In this document: positions 1 through 9,215 of the stretch, piece by piece
Layout: each line of letters begins with the position of its first letter
Position numbering within the stretch: position 1 is the first letter of the stretch
NCBI GenBank assembly: GCA_011046415.1
Contig: DSAP01000089.1
Coordinates: forward strand, 4,064-68,063
Length of the DNA stretch: 64,000 nt
Direction of reading: 5' to 3'
Source: a bacterium
GTDB lineage: Bacteria > Zhuqueibacterota > QNDG01 > JABMRT01
The notes under the pieces: generated by a model
Databases searched by the model: none
Seen by the model: only the letters and a program-made list of their open reading frames with translations
What the model was told of the DNA's origin: nothing
Made by a program: the position numbers and the translations under genes

Positions 1-574
1 TGTCAAAAGTTCTTATGGAATAGCAACTCTTCGAGTGACTATCCTCCAATATTCCATCTTTCTTTTTCATCGATTCCAAAAGCTGCGGATAAGCTTTAAA
101 ATATTTCTCTGCGTAAAAGGAATCCAACTGTTTTTCTTTTCCGTATTTTGACAATAATATTAAAGAAAATCCATATCCAAGTTGCCCGATTTCATTATCA
201 CCGTATCCATCATTGTATGCCCAATTAAAATGGGTTGTGAAAGTCTTAAAAATGGTTTTTAGGCATTTTTCTTGATCGAAAACCGTTTTTTCTCCAGATT
301 TGGTCAAGGAGAGTTTGCCGTTCCTTTTTTTGGTGAATCCGGATAATTCAAGAAGAATCCGGGACAGATGAACGGTCAACGAATCGGTCTCTTTGTACAA
401 TTGATAATCAGAATCCGATAGTGTTTGCAATTGAACCGGACTCTTTGCGTCAAAGGTAAAATGTAAAATCTGATGCATCTCAGAAGGTGAATACCCTTCG
501 AAATCGGGTATCCCTTGATAATTATGTTCATGCATCACTTGGTTGATCTGTCTCTTTAAATCTTCTAGGTTCAT
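1..574 (-). CDS. Hypothetical protein encoded in a strongly AT-rich segment, probably horizontally acquired. The 3' end runs off the window edge, so the gene is partial.
   Basis: ATG at about 572-574 on the minus strand, preceded by GAGGAAAA 5 nt upstream. The frame stays open to position 1 and translates MNLEDLKRQINQVMHEHNYQGIPDFEGYSPSEMHQ...NWAYNDGYGDNEIGQLGYGFSLILL. GC is far below the flanking genome. No recognisable family. Absent from the ORF track because no stop lies inside the window. Confidence 0.5.
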   Translation of the reverse strand, partial: MNLEDLKRQINQVMHEHNYQGIPDFEGYSPSEMHQILHFTFDAKSPVQLQTLSDSDYQLYKETDSLTVHLSRILLELSGFTKKRNGKLSLTKSGEKTVFDQEKCLKTIFKTFTTHFNWAYNDGYGDNEIGQLGYGFSLILLSKYGKEKQLDSFYAEKYFKAYPQLLESMKKKDGILEDSHSKSCYSIRTFD

Positions 575-637
575 AACCGTTTTCCTCAAGGGTTCGTCGT
601 GTATGCGACACAACGGTTACGCATATGGCCAGTGGCG

Positions 638-657
638 CCTGCCTGCCGGCAGGCAGG
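638..657. repeat. Perfect 20-nt palindrome CCTGCCTGCCGGCAGGCAGG in the intergenic region beside the AT-rich gene
   Basis: Seen directly in the sequence, lying 60-80 nt upstream of the AT-rich gene start. Confidence 0.3.
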
Positions 658-768
658 GTTTGCGGGGCGCATCCCTGTCCGCCGAGACAAACTCTGATGC
701 GGTGTAAAACGTTTCAAGGTACCACTACGCCCGCCAGTGTCAATATGCGATGTTGTGAAGCGTGTTAA

Positions 769-972
769 TTAGAGCTCCAAATAAACGCTTTCCGGAGGCC
801 CAAGATAACCCGGTCTCAAACCGCCTGCATCGATCACAAATTTCTGAAAAACAATCCCGGAGTCGATCATCCATATTTTAAGCGTGTGCCTGCCCGGTTG
901 ATCAAACACTTTTTCATCGTACTGAATGTTGCCTTCAGCCTTTGACAATAGTAAAAACGGGCAGAATGTCAA
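769..972 (-). pseudogene. Short 67-aa ORF, possibly a C-terminal remnant of a degraded gene next to the AT-rich insertion.
   Basis: Only 67 aa (..HTLKIWMIDSGIVFQKFVIDAGGLRPGYLGPPESVYLEL). It has no N-terminal domain and lies between the AT-rich gene and the cupin gene. Weak call. Confidence 0.2.
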
Positions 973-1036
973 GCGAAGAACACGGCGGCTTATTTTTCCC
1001 CGTTCCCGGCATGCCGCCCGGAACGGGAACCGGCAT

Positions 1037-1342
1037 TCATCCGCCCGGTTCCTTGATCGCCAGGATTTCGAGGGGATGTCTCCCCGGGTTTTCCCACGCC
1101 CGTTCGACGCCGGGTTCCGCCGCGGCCAGATCGCCCGCGGACAAGGTCACCTTTTCCCCGCCCAGGGTCATGACGCCCGTCCCGCGGAGGATGTAAAAAA
1201 CGGCCTGAACCGGTAGCGCGTGGGGTGCGATACCGCATCCAGGCCGGATCTTCAGCACGACCAGTGCGGGTGTTTTCTCGATGCCGGTCGCGCCGTCTTT
1301 CCGGAAGATCACCGTCCCTTCGTCCTTTCGGAGAATGGTCAT
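1037..1342 (-). CDS. Cupin-domain protein
   Basis: A 101-aa ORF with a cupin_2-like core (IRPGCGIAPHALPVQAVFYILRGTGVMTLGGEKVTLSAGD). Confidence 0.55.
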   Translation of the reverse strand: MTILRKDEGTVIFRKDGATGIEKTPALVVLKIRPGCGIAPHALPVQAVFYILRGTGVMTLGGEKVTLSAGDLAAAEPGVERAWENPGRHPLEILAIKEPGG

Positions 1343-1366
1343 GTTCTTTCCCTCTCTTTCGCCCCC

Positions 1367-2428
1367 TCATTCCGGCTGCGGATACCGGTACGGCCTGCCG
1401 AGATAATTCCGGAACGTCCAGGCGGCCGCCTCTTTTTGGACGACGTAATCGGGACAGAGCGGCACCTTGCCGCCTCCGCCAGGCAGGTCCACCATCAGCG
1501 CGGGCAGGGCCAGCCCGGAAATCCGGCCGCGGAGCGCGCGCAGGATGCCGAGGCCGGTCTCGAGCGGCGTGCGGAAATGATCCGCGCCCCGGGCCAGGTC
1601 GCCCTGGAGCAGATAATAGGGGCGGATGCGCATGCCGATCAGTTCCGTGAACAGCCTTTCGAGGATCTCGGGCCGGTCGTTGATCCCGCGGAGGAGCACG
1701 GTCTGGCAGCCCAGGGGGATGCCCGCGTCCGCCAGTTTCTCCACTGCGGACCGCACCTCTTCCGTGATCTCTTCCGGATGGTTGAAATGCAGATTCATGA
1801 ACAGGGGATGCGCCTTTTTCAGCACCCGGATCAGCCCGGCCGTGATCCGCCGGGGGAGCACGCCGGGCATGCGCGTCCCGATCCGGATCACCCGGACGTG
1901 GGGAATCCGTCGGAGACTCTCGAGGATTCCGCCCAGTTTCGTGTCGGAGAGCATCAGGGGATCGCCGCCGGACACCAGCACGTCCCGGATTCCGGGATGC
2001 GCCGCGATGTAGGCGAGTCCGGCCCGGATCGTGTCATCCGTGACGCCGCCGGCCCGGCCGACCTTGCGCTTGCGGGTGCAGAACCGGCAGTACACCGCGC
2101 ATTCCAGCGTGACCACGAAGAGCACGCGGTCGGGATAGCGGTGCGTCAGATGCAGTACGGGGCTGTCTTTTTCCTCGCCCAGGGGATCTTCCAGTCCGGC
2201 CGTGTCGTCGAGTTCGCGGGGGTCGGGGATCACCTGGCGGGCGAGCGGTTCGCCCTTCTCAAGCAGGCGTTCCCAGAAATACCGGTTGATGCGCATCGGA
2301 TAGACGCGGGCCACTTCGCCCAGCGCATCGGGATCACCGGAAAATGAGGGGGGCAGATCGCCCGGATCGTGGATCCCGCTCCGGATGAGGCCGCGCCAGT
2401 CGCAGGGATGTAATTGCGTCGAAGCCAA
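1367..2428 (-). CDS. KamA-family radical SAM enzyme (lysine 2,3-aminomutase / EpmB-like)
   Basis: CAVYCRFCTRKRKVG radical-SAM CxxxCxxC motif, the VSGGDPL PLP-region motif, and length typical of EpmB-like proteins. The N-terminal start is uncertain and could be an internal Met. Confidence 0.85.
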   Translation of the reverse strand: MASTQLHPCDWRGLIRSGIHDPGDLPPSFSGDPDALGEVARVYPMRINRYFWERLLEKGEPLARQVIPDPRELDDTAGLEDPLGEEKDSPVLHLTHRYPDRVLFVVTLECAVYCRFCTRKRKVGRAGGVTDDTIRAGLAYIAAHPGIRDVLVSGGDPLMLSDTKLGGILESLRRIPHVRVIRIGTRMPGVLPRRITAGLIRVLKKAHPLFMNLHFNHPEEITEEVRSAVEKLADAGIPLGCQTVLLRGINDRPEILERLFTELIGMRIRPYYLLQGDLARGADHFRTPLETGLGILRALRGRISGLALPALMVDLPGGGGKVPLCPDYVVQKEAAAWTFRNYLGRPYRYPQPE

Positions 2429-2443
2429 GGCAATGGATTCGGA

Positions 2444-2758
2444 TCAAACCACCCGGTCCATGAAAGACACGATGACGCGTCCGGCCGAGGATTTGATCAG
2501 TTCAAAAACCGATTTGATCTGCGGGTCGTCGTGAATCAACCGGGTGATTTCATCCACGGATTTGTCCGTCAACAGCGTCTGAAGGAAACGGGTGCCCTGC
2601 GTTTTATCCTGATAGAGCGCGTAGGCGATGCCCTCGCGCTCCCAGAACGCCTTCAGGGTCTCGAGTTTCTGCACGAAAAGATCCTGATCCTCGCGATGGA
2701 CGTCGAATGTGAATGTCACCAGATGCATCTCGCTCCCGTTCCGTTGAATCGTGTTCAA
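2444..2758 (-). CDS. Small alpha/beta-barrel protein (ABM/Dabb-like), hypothetical
   Basis: A 104-aa ORF (MHLVTFTFDVHREDQDLFVQKLETLKAFWEREGI...) with a ferredoxin-like ABM pattern. The real start is probably at the internal MHLVTF. Confidence 0.35.
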   Translation of the reverse strand: MNTIQRNGSEMHLVTFTFDVHREDQDLFVQKLETLKAFWEREGIAYALYQDKTQGTRFLQTLLTDKSVDEITRLIHDDPQIKSVFELIKSSAGRVIVSFMDRVV

Positions 2759-2952
2759 TATATAAATTCGGAGAACAAATCAAAGGAAAAATTATATGTG
2801 ATCCAGCCTGGATTAATCATGAATTGCAGGAGGGAGGGTTCCAACGGATTTTAAAATAACGGCTTAGTTCACAAGGGCCGGCGGTTGGAGGCGAACGGCG
2901 AGAGGCAGCCGCCTTCCACCCGGTCCCGGTTCGTTCGAGGACATGGAATCCT

Positions 2953-4695
2953 TCAGTCCGATTCAAGAAACCGAACCACCCGCTCCGGGGGAAGGAATCC
3001 CTCGAACCGCCGCAATTCGCGTCGTTCCGCATCGAGCAGAACGACGGTCGGCATGCCGACGATCCGGTACCGCGCCTGGATCTCCCGGGAGCGGGCGTCG
3101 GTCCGGGTCAGGTCGATGCGCAAGGGGACGACGTCCTTCAGGGCGTCCCGGACGGCGGGATCCGGCCACGTTTTCTCGTCCAGCTCATGACAGGCCGCGC
3201 ACCAGTCCGCGAAGAAATCGATCAGCACGGGACGCCCCGTGGACCGGGCCGTCCCGAAGGCCGTCTCCTCGTCCGTCAGCCAGTCCCCGAAATCCGGCGA
3301 GGGGGGCGCGGTTATCGTCCCGGATCCGGGTGACGGGGATAATGGAAATGCCTTTTGGCCGAGGATGCCGAGCACCAGGCCCGTCGATCCGGCGAGGATC
3401 AGGAGGAATCCGGCCGCCTTGGCCAGCCGGTCCTTCCAGGACGCCTCCGCCGCGAGAGGGGAGAATCCTCCCCAGAACGTCCCGAGTATCACGAGGAAGA
3501 CGGACCAGGCCATCCCATAATGAAAGCCGGACAGCACAGGCTTGAGGAACAGGATCGCGAGGGCGATCAGGATCCATCCGAAAGCACGCTCGATGTGCTC
3601 CGTCCAGCCGCCCGATTTCGGCAGGGTCTTGAGCACGCCCGAGAAGGTCCCCAGCACGATGAAGAGGACGCCGATGCCCCAGGCGAACGCGAAGAGGAGT
3701 CCGAATCCGAGCAGGACGGAACCGGAACGGGCCACCCAGGTCAGGATGACGACGAGCAGCGGACTCACGCAGGGCGACACCACCAGCCCGGCCACGATCC
3801 CGGTCAGGACCGCGCCGATGAAACCGCCCCGACGCCGGCCGTGCAGTTTCATGCGCCATGCGGAAGGCAGCTGGATGACGAAGGCGCCGAGCATGGACAG
3901 CCCCATCAAAAGGAATATCGCGGCGATCACGGCCTGGATGACGGGATGCTGGGTGAACGCGCCGAACAGGGCGCCGGTCCTGGCGGCGATCACGCCGAGG
4001 GTGGAGAACGTGAGGGAGATGCCGAGCACATAGAACAGGGAGAGGACAAACCCCTTCAGCCGGCCGCCCGTGGCCTGCGCGCCGATCACGGCGATGGTGA
4101 TGGGGATCATCGGATACACGCAGGGCGTCAGGCTGGTGAGCAGCCCGCCGAGGAAGACGAAGAGGAAGGCCAGCGCCGAACCCCGTTCCAGCGCGGATGA
4201 GAGCCGGGCGGTCATCCCCCCGCCGTCCGGCGCGGGGGATGCCGGCGGGGCGGCATGGGATAGTTCGATGACGGTTTCCACCGTTTGAGTCGAGGGGGGA
4301 TAGCAGAGATCCCGGACCTCGTCACAGGGCTGCATCATGACGTCGAGCCGGACGGGATAGACGCCGGGTTTGGCATCCGGCTGCGTGCGGAAAGCGAGCG
4401 AAACGCTGATCCGGCCCCGGTACACCGACCCCCATTTGTCCCGCTCGCCCGGGGGATAGGCCGGCGCGCCGAAGGTGAACACCGGATCGTCCGGAGGCGT
4501 CACCGAGAACAGTCCTTCCGACGCGTCGCTGATGTGAAATCCATCCGGAACGGACACTGATACCCGGATCCGTCCCCCGTCGCCCGGCCGGACGGCGGAC
4601 GGACCGGCCGCAGCCTCGATCCGGATTCCCGTTTCCGTCCGGGCCGGACCGGCCGCGAAAAGAGTAAGAATCAGCAGAAATACGCGAATACGCAT
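2953..4695 (-). CDS. dsbD: Thiol:disulfide interchange protein DsbD (N-terminal periplasmic domain, TM core, C-terminal thioredoxin domain)
   Basis: Signal peptide MRIRVFLLILTLFAAGPART, a polytopic central region with paired Cys, and a C-terminal thioredoxin motif FADWCAACHELDEKTW. Confidence 0.85.
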   Translation of the reverse strand: MRIRVFLLILTLFAAGPARTETGIRIEAAAGPSAVRPGDGGRIRVSVSVPDGFHISDASEGLFSVTPPDDPVFTFGAPAYPPGERDKWGSVYRGRISVSLAFRTQPDAKPGVYPVRLDVMMQPCDEVRDLCYPPSTQTVETVIELSHAAPPASPAPDGGGMTARLSSALERGSALAFLFVFLGGLLTSLTPCVYPMIPITIAVIGAQATGGRLKGFVLSLFYVLGISLTFSTLGVIAARTGALFGAFTQHPVIQAVIAAIFLLMGLSMLGAFVIQLPSAWRMKLHGRRRGGFIGAVLTGIVAGLVVSPCVSPLLVVILTWVARSGSVLLGFGLLFAFAWGIGVLFIVLGTFSGVLKTLPKSGGWTEHIERAFGWILIALAILFLKPVLSGFHYGMAWSVFLVILGTFWGGFSPLAAEASWKDRLAKAAGFLLILAGSTGLVLGILGQKAFPLSPSPGSGTITAPPSPDFGDWLTDEETAFGTARSTGRPVLIDFFADWCAACHELDEKTWPDPAVRDALKDVVPLRIDLTRTDARSREIQARYRIVGMPTVVLLDAERRELRRFEGFLPPERVVRFLESD

Positions 4696-4753
4696 CGTAA
4701 CATCCTTTTTTTATTGGAAACAGGACTCTTCCTGAACGCGAATTGTGGAACGG

Positions 4754-5194
4754 TCAGGACGACATAAAACCCGTCCGGAGCGCGGTTTCCCAGTCCGGGC
4801 GCCCGTTCCTGCGGGCCTGTTCCGCCGATCTCTCGAAGTCGTAGGGGACGGCGATTCCTTCCGTCTGCCACTGATCGTTCATCTTCTCCAAAATCGCGTA
4901 CCGCGCATGAGGCGACCCGGTTTCCATCACATGATATTCCGGGAAATCATCCTCATAGGCCGGGAGCCCCACGCTGACCGGATTCACGATCAGCATGTCC
5001 CCGGACAGGTTCACCACCCTGGGGACATGCGTATGGCCGCACAGAACGACGTGGTTTTTTGTTTCTCCGAGCCGGTCCCGGATCTCTTCCGGTGTCGCGA
5101 GCCGCGCCCGGCCGTGCTCCACCGTTTCCAGAAAGAGACCGTGAAGTCCGGTTGACCCCTTGTCGTGCAAACGGATTCCGACACCCGTGATCAC
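4754..5194 (-). CDS. Metallophosphoesterase-family protein (YfcE-like), N-terminal metal motifs degenerate
   Basis: C-terminal motifs VLCGHTHVPRV and LIVNPVSVG are present. The N-terminal DxHG and GDxxD motifs are not recognisable (IRLHDKGSTG). It is 146 aa, against about 160-180 aa typical. Confidence 0.5.
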   Translation of the reverse strand: MITGVGIRLHDKGSTGLHGLFLETVEHGRARLATPEEIRDRLGETKNHVVLCGHTHVPRVVNLSGDMLIVNPVSVGLPAYEDDFPEYHVMETGSPHARYAILEKMNDQWQTEGIAVPYDFERSAEQARRNGRPDWETALRTGFMSS

Positions 5195-5237
5195 ACCGAC
5201 GGGAGGACAGGCACCGACTTTTTGGGTGAGATCCGGA

Positions 5238-8200
5238 TTAGAAATCCGCCCCCAAAGACCAGTAATGCATCGGCCTTTTTTGGGTGGACACCAGATCCGT
5301 CGGCCAGGCTATATCATACCGGAGCAGCAAAAACCCCATGTTGACCCGGGCGCCGAATCCGAGTCCGCCGCGCGCCTGGTTCAGCCGGGGGAGAAGACCC
5401 GGCCCGTCCGTGAACGGCCTCCATTGCCGGTTGCTGCTCCACGCCGAGCCGACGTCGAGGAACACCGAGCCGCGAATGTTCTGAAACCCGATGCCCAGGG
5501 GTCCGCCGAGAATCAGGTACCGGATCATCGGAAACCGGAGTTCCAGATTCATCAGTGCGAAACGGGTTCCGATCATCTCGTAGAACGGCGTCCCGCGGAG
5601 CGGCCCCTCGAACGAGGAGAAGAAAAACAGGTCCTCGTAGAGGATCTCGTCGAAGACATCACGATATTTGTAATTGATCCAGTTCGTCATGCCGCCGAGC
5701 AGGAAACGCTGGGGATTCCGGCCGTTCGAGAACCCGGTAGAAAGGCGAATGGCGAGGGTATGATCCCGGACGAGCCGCAGGTATTTGCGCCAGTCTGCCC
5801 GCGCGGAATAAAAGGAAAATCCGCGATCCTCGCTGATCAGCGGGCTGTAAGTCAGGGTGATATTGGAACGGCCGCCGTTGACCGGTCCGGTCATGCCCCA
5901 GAGTACGGTATCGGTCGTGTATCCCAGGCTGAAAAAGACCGTCCGTTTTTTATAGATGGAACCGAGACTGTAGGAATAATCGCCTCCGTAATAGGGATAA
6001 TACCAGTTCAGGGCTTCCAGGTCGCGGTCGATCGCGAGGCCCGTGGCCGAAAAATCGATTCGCCGGTACCGGCTCATCGGATGGGAGAGATACAGACTCA
6101 CCCCGTAATTCCGGTCCCGGAGATATCCGTAATACCACGAATTGTCATAAATGAAATAGGTGTAATACAAATAGGAATAGTGAAATAAAGAGATGCCGAT
6201 ATCCGTCTGCTTCGGAAGATAATAATATCCGGCCATGAAATTGGAGTTTTTCAGGCTGTAAAACAGATCCGTATACAGGTTGATCTGGTGATTTCCCAGG
6301 ATGTCCGAAAGCACGATCATGGAACTGCCCTGGAGCCCGAAAAACTGGCTGTATCCGGCGCCTCCCATGACCATGTCCGGGGTGAACCGGACTTTATATT
6401 TTTTGGAAATGTAATCTCCATCCTCCGTCTTGAATTCGCCGGAATCAGGAAACGCCCGGCTCCTCAGATCCTGACCCTCGATGCGTCCCTCCCTGAAATT
6501 GCGGTCGAAGACGAAATTCTGGAACCGGCCGGCGGGCTGTTCGGCGGACGGCGAGGGGGGGGGCTCTTCAGGGTCGGCTTCTTTCTTCTGTTGCATGAAC
6601 GCGGTGTCCACGACCCGGACTTCATCCGGACGGATGTCGAGCGGATTGTTGATCAGGTAGAGATCATAGCCGGCATTCGAAAAAGCGGAGAAAACCAGGC
6701 GCGATCCTTCGCGGGACCACGAAAGCTGTGAGATGCCGGTCATGAGGTTGGTGACCGGGTAATGCGTCCCCTGGTTTCGATCATAGAGATAGATGTTGTC
6801 CACGCCGCTTTGGTCGGAGATATAGGCGATATGGCGACCGTCTGGGGAAAAAGCCGGACTCTTTTCATCGGCAGACGTGGCCGTGATCCGCGTAATCTGG
6901 CGTGAGGCGACGTCCATCACGTAAACGTCATTCTGACTGTAATCATGGGTCTGCATCCGGAAGCCGTCCGGAACAGTGCCTAAATAATCCTGCCGGTCCG
7001 AAACGAACACCAGCTCGGTGCCGTCCGCGGACCACGACGGATCCATGTCGCTGAACAGATCGTCTGTCAGGCGTTCTGTTTTTTCGCTTTCGATCTCGAG
7101 CAGGTAGATATCGGACTGGATGCCCTTGACCCCCATGAAGGCGATATGGCGTCCGTCCGGAGACCACGACGGCGAGTAGATGCCGTCCAGGTCAGGCATA
7201 AACTGACGCACGATCCTGCGTCTGCCCACATCGAGAATATAGAGACGGTCACCCCTTCCGGCCTTGGCTGCGAAGGTGATCCGGCGGCCGTCGGGAGACC
7301 AGCTCATCCCCGGCCTCAGCCAGTGCATCTGTTCGAAAAGTTCGGAACGCTGACCCTTGACGATCCGTCCCTTGTCCTTTCCATCCACCGTGCTCATCAA
7401 CCGGATGTCCATGTAATCGGATCGGTCCGAAAGATAGACCAGCTTGTCTCCCTTCGGGGAAAGCGCCGGGGCGGCGTTGAAGAAATGGTTCCGTTTTGCG
7501 TGATCCGTGAGCCGTTTCGCGATCTCTTCGGGCTCATTCCGGTCCTGGATGTCGGGCCAGTAGGTCCTCCGCAGATGCTTGTGCCAGCGGTCGGAAAGCT
7601 CCTCCAGGTCGATTCCGAGTGACTGCTTGATGCCCGTGTCGACATTGCGGTTCAGACGGATTTTCCCGAGGATCTCCCCGATCTTTTCCTGACCGTACCG
7701 GTCTGCGATATAATTGAGCAACGACTGTCCGCCCTTGTAGACCATGAACCCCGACATGTATTCGATCGGCGGCACATACCCGTTGATGACCGCGTCGCGC
7801 ATAAACATGTCGCTTTTCGTGTCCCAGCCGAGACTCTCGTATTCGGCCAGCCCTTCGGCCAGCCAGAGCGGAATCTGAAACCGGGCCATCCCGGTCACCG
7901 CCGCTCCCACACCCCCCCCGTAAAACATCTGAAATGTCACGGCGTGCGTCAGTTCATGGTGGATGACATGGCGGAAATCCTCATAGCTGCCCTGGAAGGG
8001 AAGGGCGACGCGGTTCTTGAAGATTTCGGTGAATCCGCCGACGGATTCGCCGATATCGGACAGCGTGACATTGGTCTGCTGGAAATCGTTGGCGCCGTTG
8101 TAGATGATGATCGGGACCCGCGATTCCAGATCATATCGGAAATTTTTCTTCAGCGCCACATAGCTGGATTCCGCCACATCGGCCGCGAACTCCGCCAGCC

Positions 8201-8384
8201 CCTTGCTGTCGTCGTAATAGTAGACATCGAAGTGTTTGGTCTGGATATACCGCCAGTTAAATTCCCTGTACTGGACCTTGTTCTTTCCGAATCCCTGGGC
8301 AAGGCCATGCCCCGAAATCATGAAGACGGACATCAGGATGATCCCGCCGGATGAAAGACGCTTCAGTCGCTTTCGTGATGCCAT
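5238..8384 (-). CDS. Outer-membrane Omp85/D15-family beta-barrel fused to a TolB-like (PD40) beta-propeller and an N-terminal HExxH-containing domain
   Basis: Signal peptide MASRKRLKRLSSGGIILMSVFMISGHGLAQ, with the start trimmed from the track start at 8516. HELTHA motif. Repeated SPDGR/SWSPDG PD40 blades. C-terminal about 430 aa with Omp85 motifs (LELRFP..LGGPLGIGFQNIRGSVFLDVGSAWS..GGLGFGARVNMGFLLLRYDIAWP) ending in ..WSLGADF. Confidence 0.75.
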   Translation of the reverse strand: MASRKRLKRLSSGGIILMSVFMISGHGLAQGFGKNKVQYREFNWRYIQTKHFDVYYYDDSKGLAEFAADVAESSYVALKKNFRYDLESRVPIIIYNGANDFQQTNVTLSDIGESVGGFTEIFKNRVALPFQGSYEDFRHVIHHELTHAVTFQMFYGGGVGAAVTGMARFQIPLWLAEGLAEYESLGWDTKSDMFMRDAVINGYVPPIEYMSGFMVYKGGQSLLNYIADRYGQEKIGEILGKIRLNRNVDTGIKQSLGIDLEELSDRWHKHLRRTYWPDIQDRNEPEEIAKRLTDHAKRNHFFNAAPALSPKGDKLVYLSDRSDYMDIRLMSTVDGKDKGRIVKGQRSELFEQMHWLRPGMSWSPDGRRITFAAKAGRGDRLYILDVGRRRIVRQFMPDLDGIYSPSWSPDGRHIAFMGVKGIQSDIYLLEIESEKTERLTDDLFSDMDPSWSADGTELVFVSDRQDYLGTVPDGFRMQTHDYSQNDVYVMDVASRQITRITATSADEKSPAFSPDGRHIAYISDQSGVDNIYLYDRNQGTHYPVTNLMTGISQLSWSREGSRLVFSAFSNAGYDLYLINNPLDIRPDEVRVVDTAFMQQKKEADPEEPPPSPSAEQPAGRFQNFVFDRNFREGRIEGQDLRSRAFPDSGEFKTEDGDYISKKYKVRFTPDMVMGGAGYSQFFGLQGSSMIVLSDILGNHQINLYTDLFYSLKNSNFMAGYYYLPKQTDIGISLFHYSYLYYTYFIYDNSWYYGYLRDRNYGVSLYLSHPMSRYRRIDFSATGLAIDRDLEALNWYYPYYGGDYSYSLGSIYKKRTVFFSLGYTTDTVLWGMTGPVNGGRSNITLTYSPLISEDRGFSFYSARADWRKYLRLVRDHTLAIRLSTGFSNGRNPQRFLLGGMTNWINYKYRDVFDEILYEDLFFFSSFEGPLRGTPFYEMIGTRFALMNLELRFPMIRYLILGGPLGIGFQNIRGSVFLDVGSAWSSNRQWRPFTDGPGLLPRLNQARGGLGFGARVNMGFLLLRYDIAWPTDLVSTQKRPMHYWSLGADF

Positions 8385-8409
8385 GATGAACCCCGATCCC
8401 TGAGTGAAG

Positions 8410-8994
8410 TTACAAATCCGACTCATCTTTCCAACGCGTGATACGCCACTTTTGATCCTTGTTTTTTTTAAACGTGAATACAGCTCTGCCGGTGACGGTG
8501 TATCCGGTCTGCTCACCCACCAGGGTCAACCCGAATCCCCGGCTGATGTCGCTCGTTGTTTCGCCCGCGTTCTCATAAATGGTCTCATTCCAGACCAGAT
8601 CGATGACCTGGAAATGGCGGAACATCCGGCCCGTGGTGAGGAGGTCTTCGTGCCGTCCCCAGGATACGAACCGGCTCTCGTCCGGATTGAAGTAGACGAA
8701 AAGAAAGCCCGTATCGAGCACGTCGCTGTAGAGCAGGGAGTCGCGGAAGGTGTACGCGATCTTGAAATTCTGCAGCACCTCCTGCGGTGTCGCCTGGGAC
8801 GTGATGATCATGTCCGTCGCCTCCAGGTTGTCGGTCAGTCTGGGCGCGAAGGGGTTGAGACAGCCGGAAGAGAGGACGAGACCGGCGCAGACCGCAGCCA
8901 TCACCGCGAACCGGGTCGTGACGAACCGCATCCGTTTCTTTCGGCTCCCGGATGTCTTTCCGGGAACGATTTTATGGTTCCCACCCCGTTTCAT
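8410..8994 (-). CDS. Lipoprotein, hypothetical
   Basis: Lipobox LVLSSGC after a basic N-terminus. There is a 25-nt gap to the downstream Omp85-fusion gene. Confidence 0.5.
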   Translation of the reverse strand: MKRGGNHKIVPGKTSGSRKKRMRFVTTRFAVMAAVCAGLVLSSGCLNPFAPRLTDNLEATDMIITSQATPQEVLQNFKIAYTFRDSLLYSDVLDTGFLFVYFNPDESRFVSWGRHEDLLTTGRMFRHFQVIDLVWNETIYENAGETTSDISRGFGLTLVGEQTGYTVTGRAVFTFKKNKDQKWRITRWKDESDL

Positions 8995-9215
8995 CCTGTT
9001 TTCCTGCCCATTCCGCCATTCGGAAAGCCCTGGGGAACGGGGAAAAATGCGTCCAGGTTTTTACCCGGTCCGTGCGTTCCGCATATCGGACAGGACCGTA
9101 AAGCCATCATAATCATTTTCACGGACAAAGTCCAATGGTTCTTTTTGGGTGTCCCATGATTAGACAATTTGAATCGCGGATTCAATCCCGTCGCATCGAA
9201 ATCTCGCGTCGGCGA

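Noticed and set aside
1220-2347. Long alternate-frame or antisense ORFs in the track (for example 1220-2347+, 3355-4200+, 5160-6188+, 10402-11808+, 12195-12911+, 16909-18048+, 35147-36373+, 45905-46972-, 57880-60345-, 62770-63822-)
   Set aside because: They lie antisense to, or out of frame with, well-conserved genes. Their translations are Arg/Gly/Pro/Ala-rich low complexity, as expected for shadow ORFs in high-GC DNA, and they have no RBS or family signal.
8991-9185. 64-aa minus-strand ORF overlapping the lipoprotein gene start
   Set aside because: It overlaps the better-supported lipoprotein start and promoter region, and has no family signal.
9140-9200. tRNA-like T-arm sequence (GCGGATTCAATCCCG) and TTGAATC-GCG-GATTCAA palindrome
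   Set aside because: No acceptor, D or anticodon arms can be built around it. It is an isolated inverted repeat in the lipoprotein promoter region.
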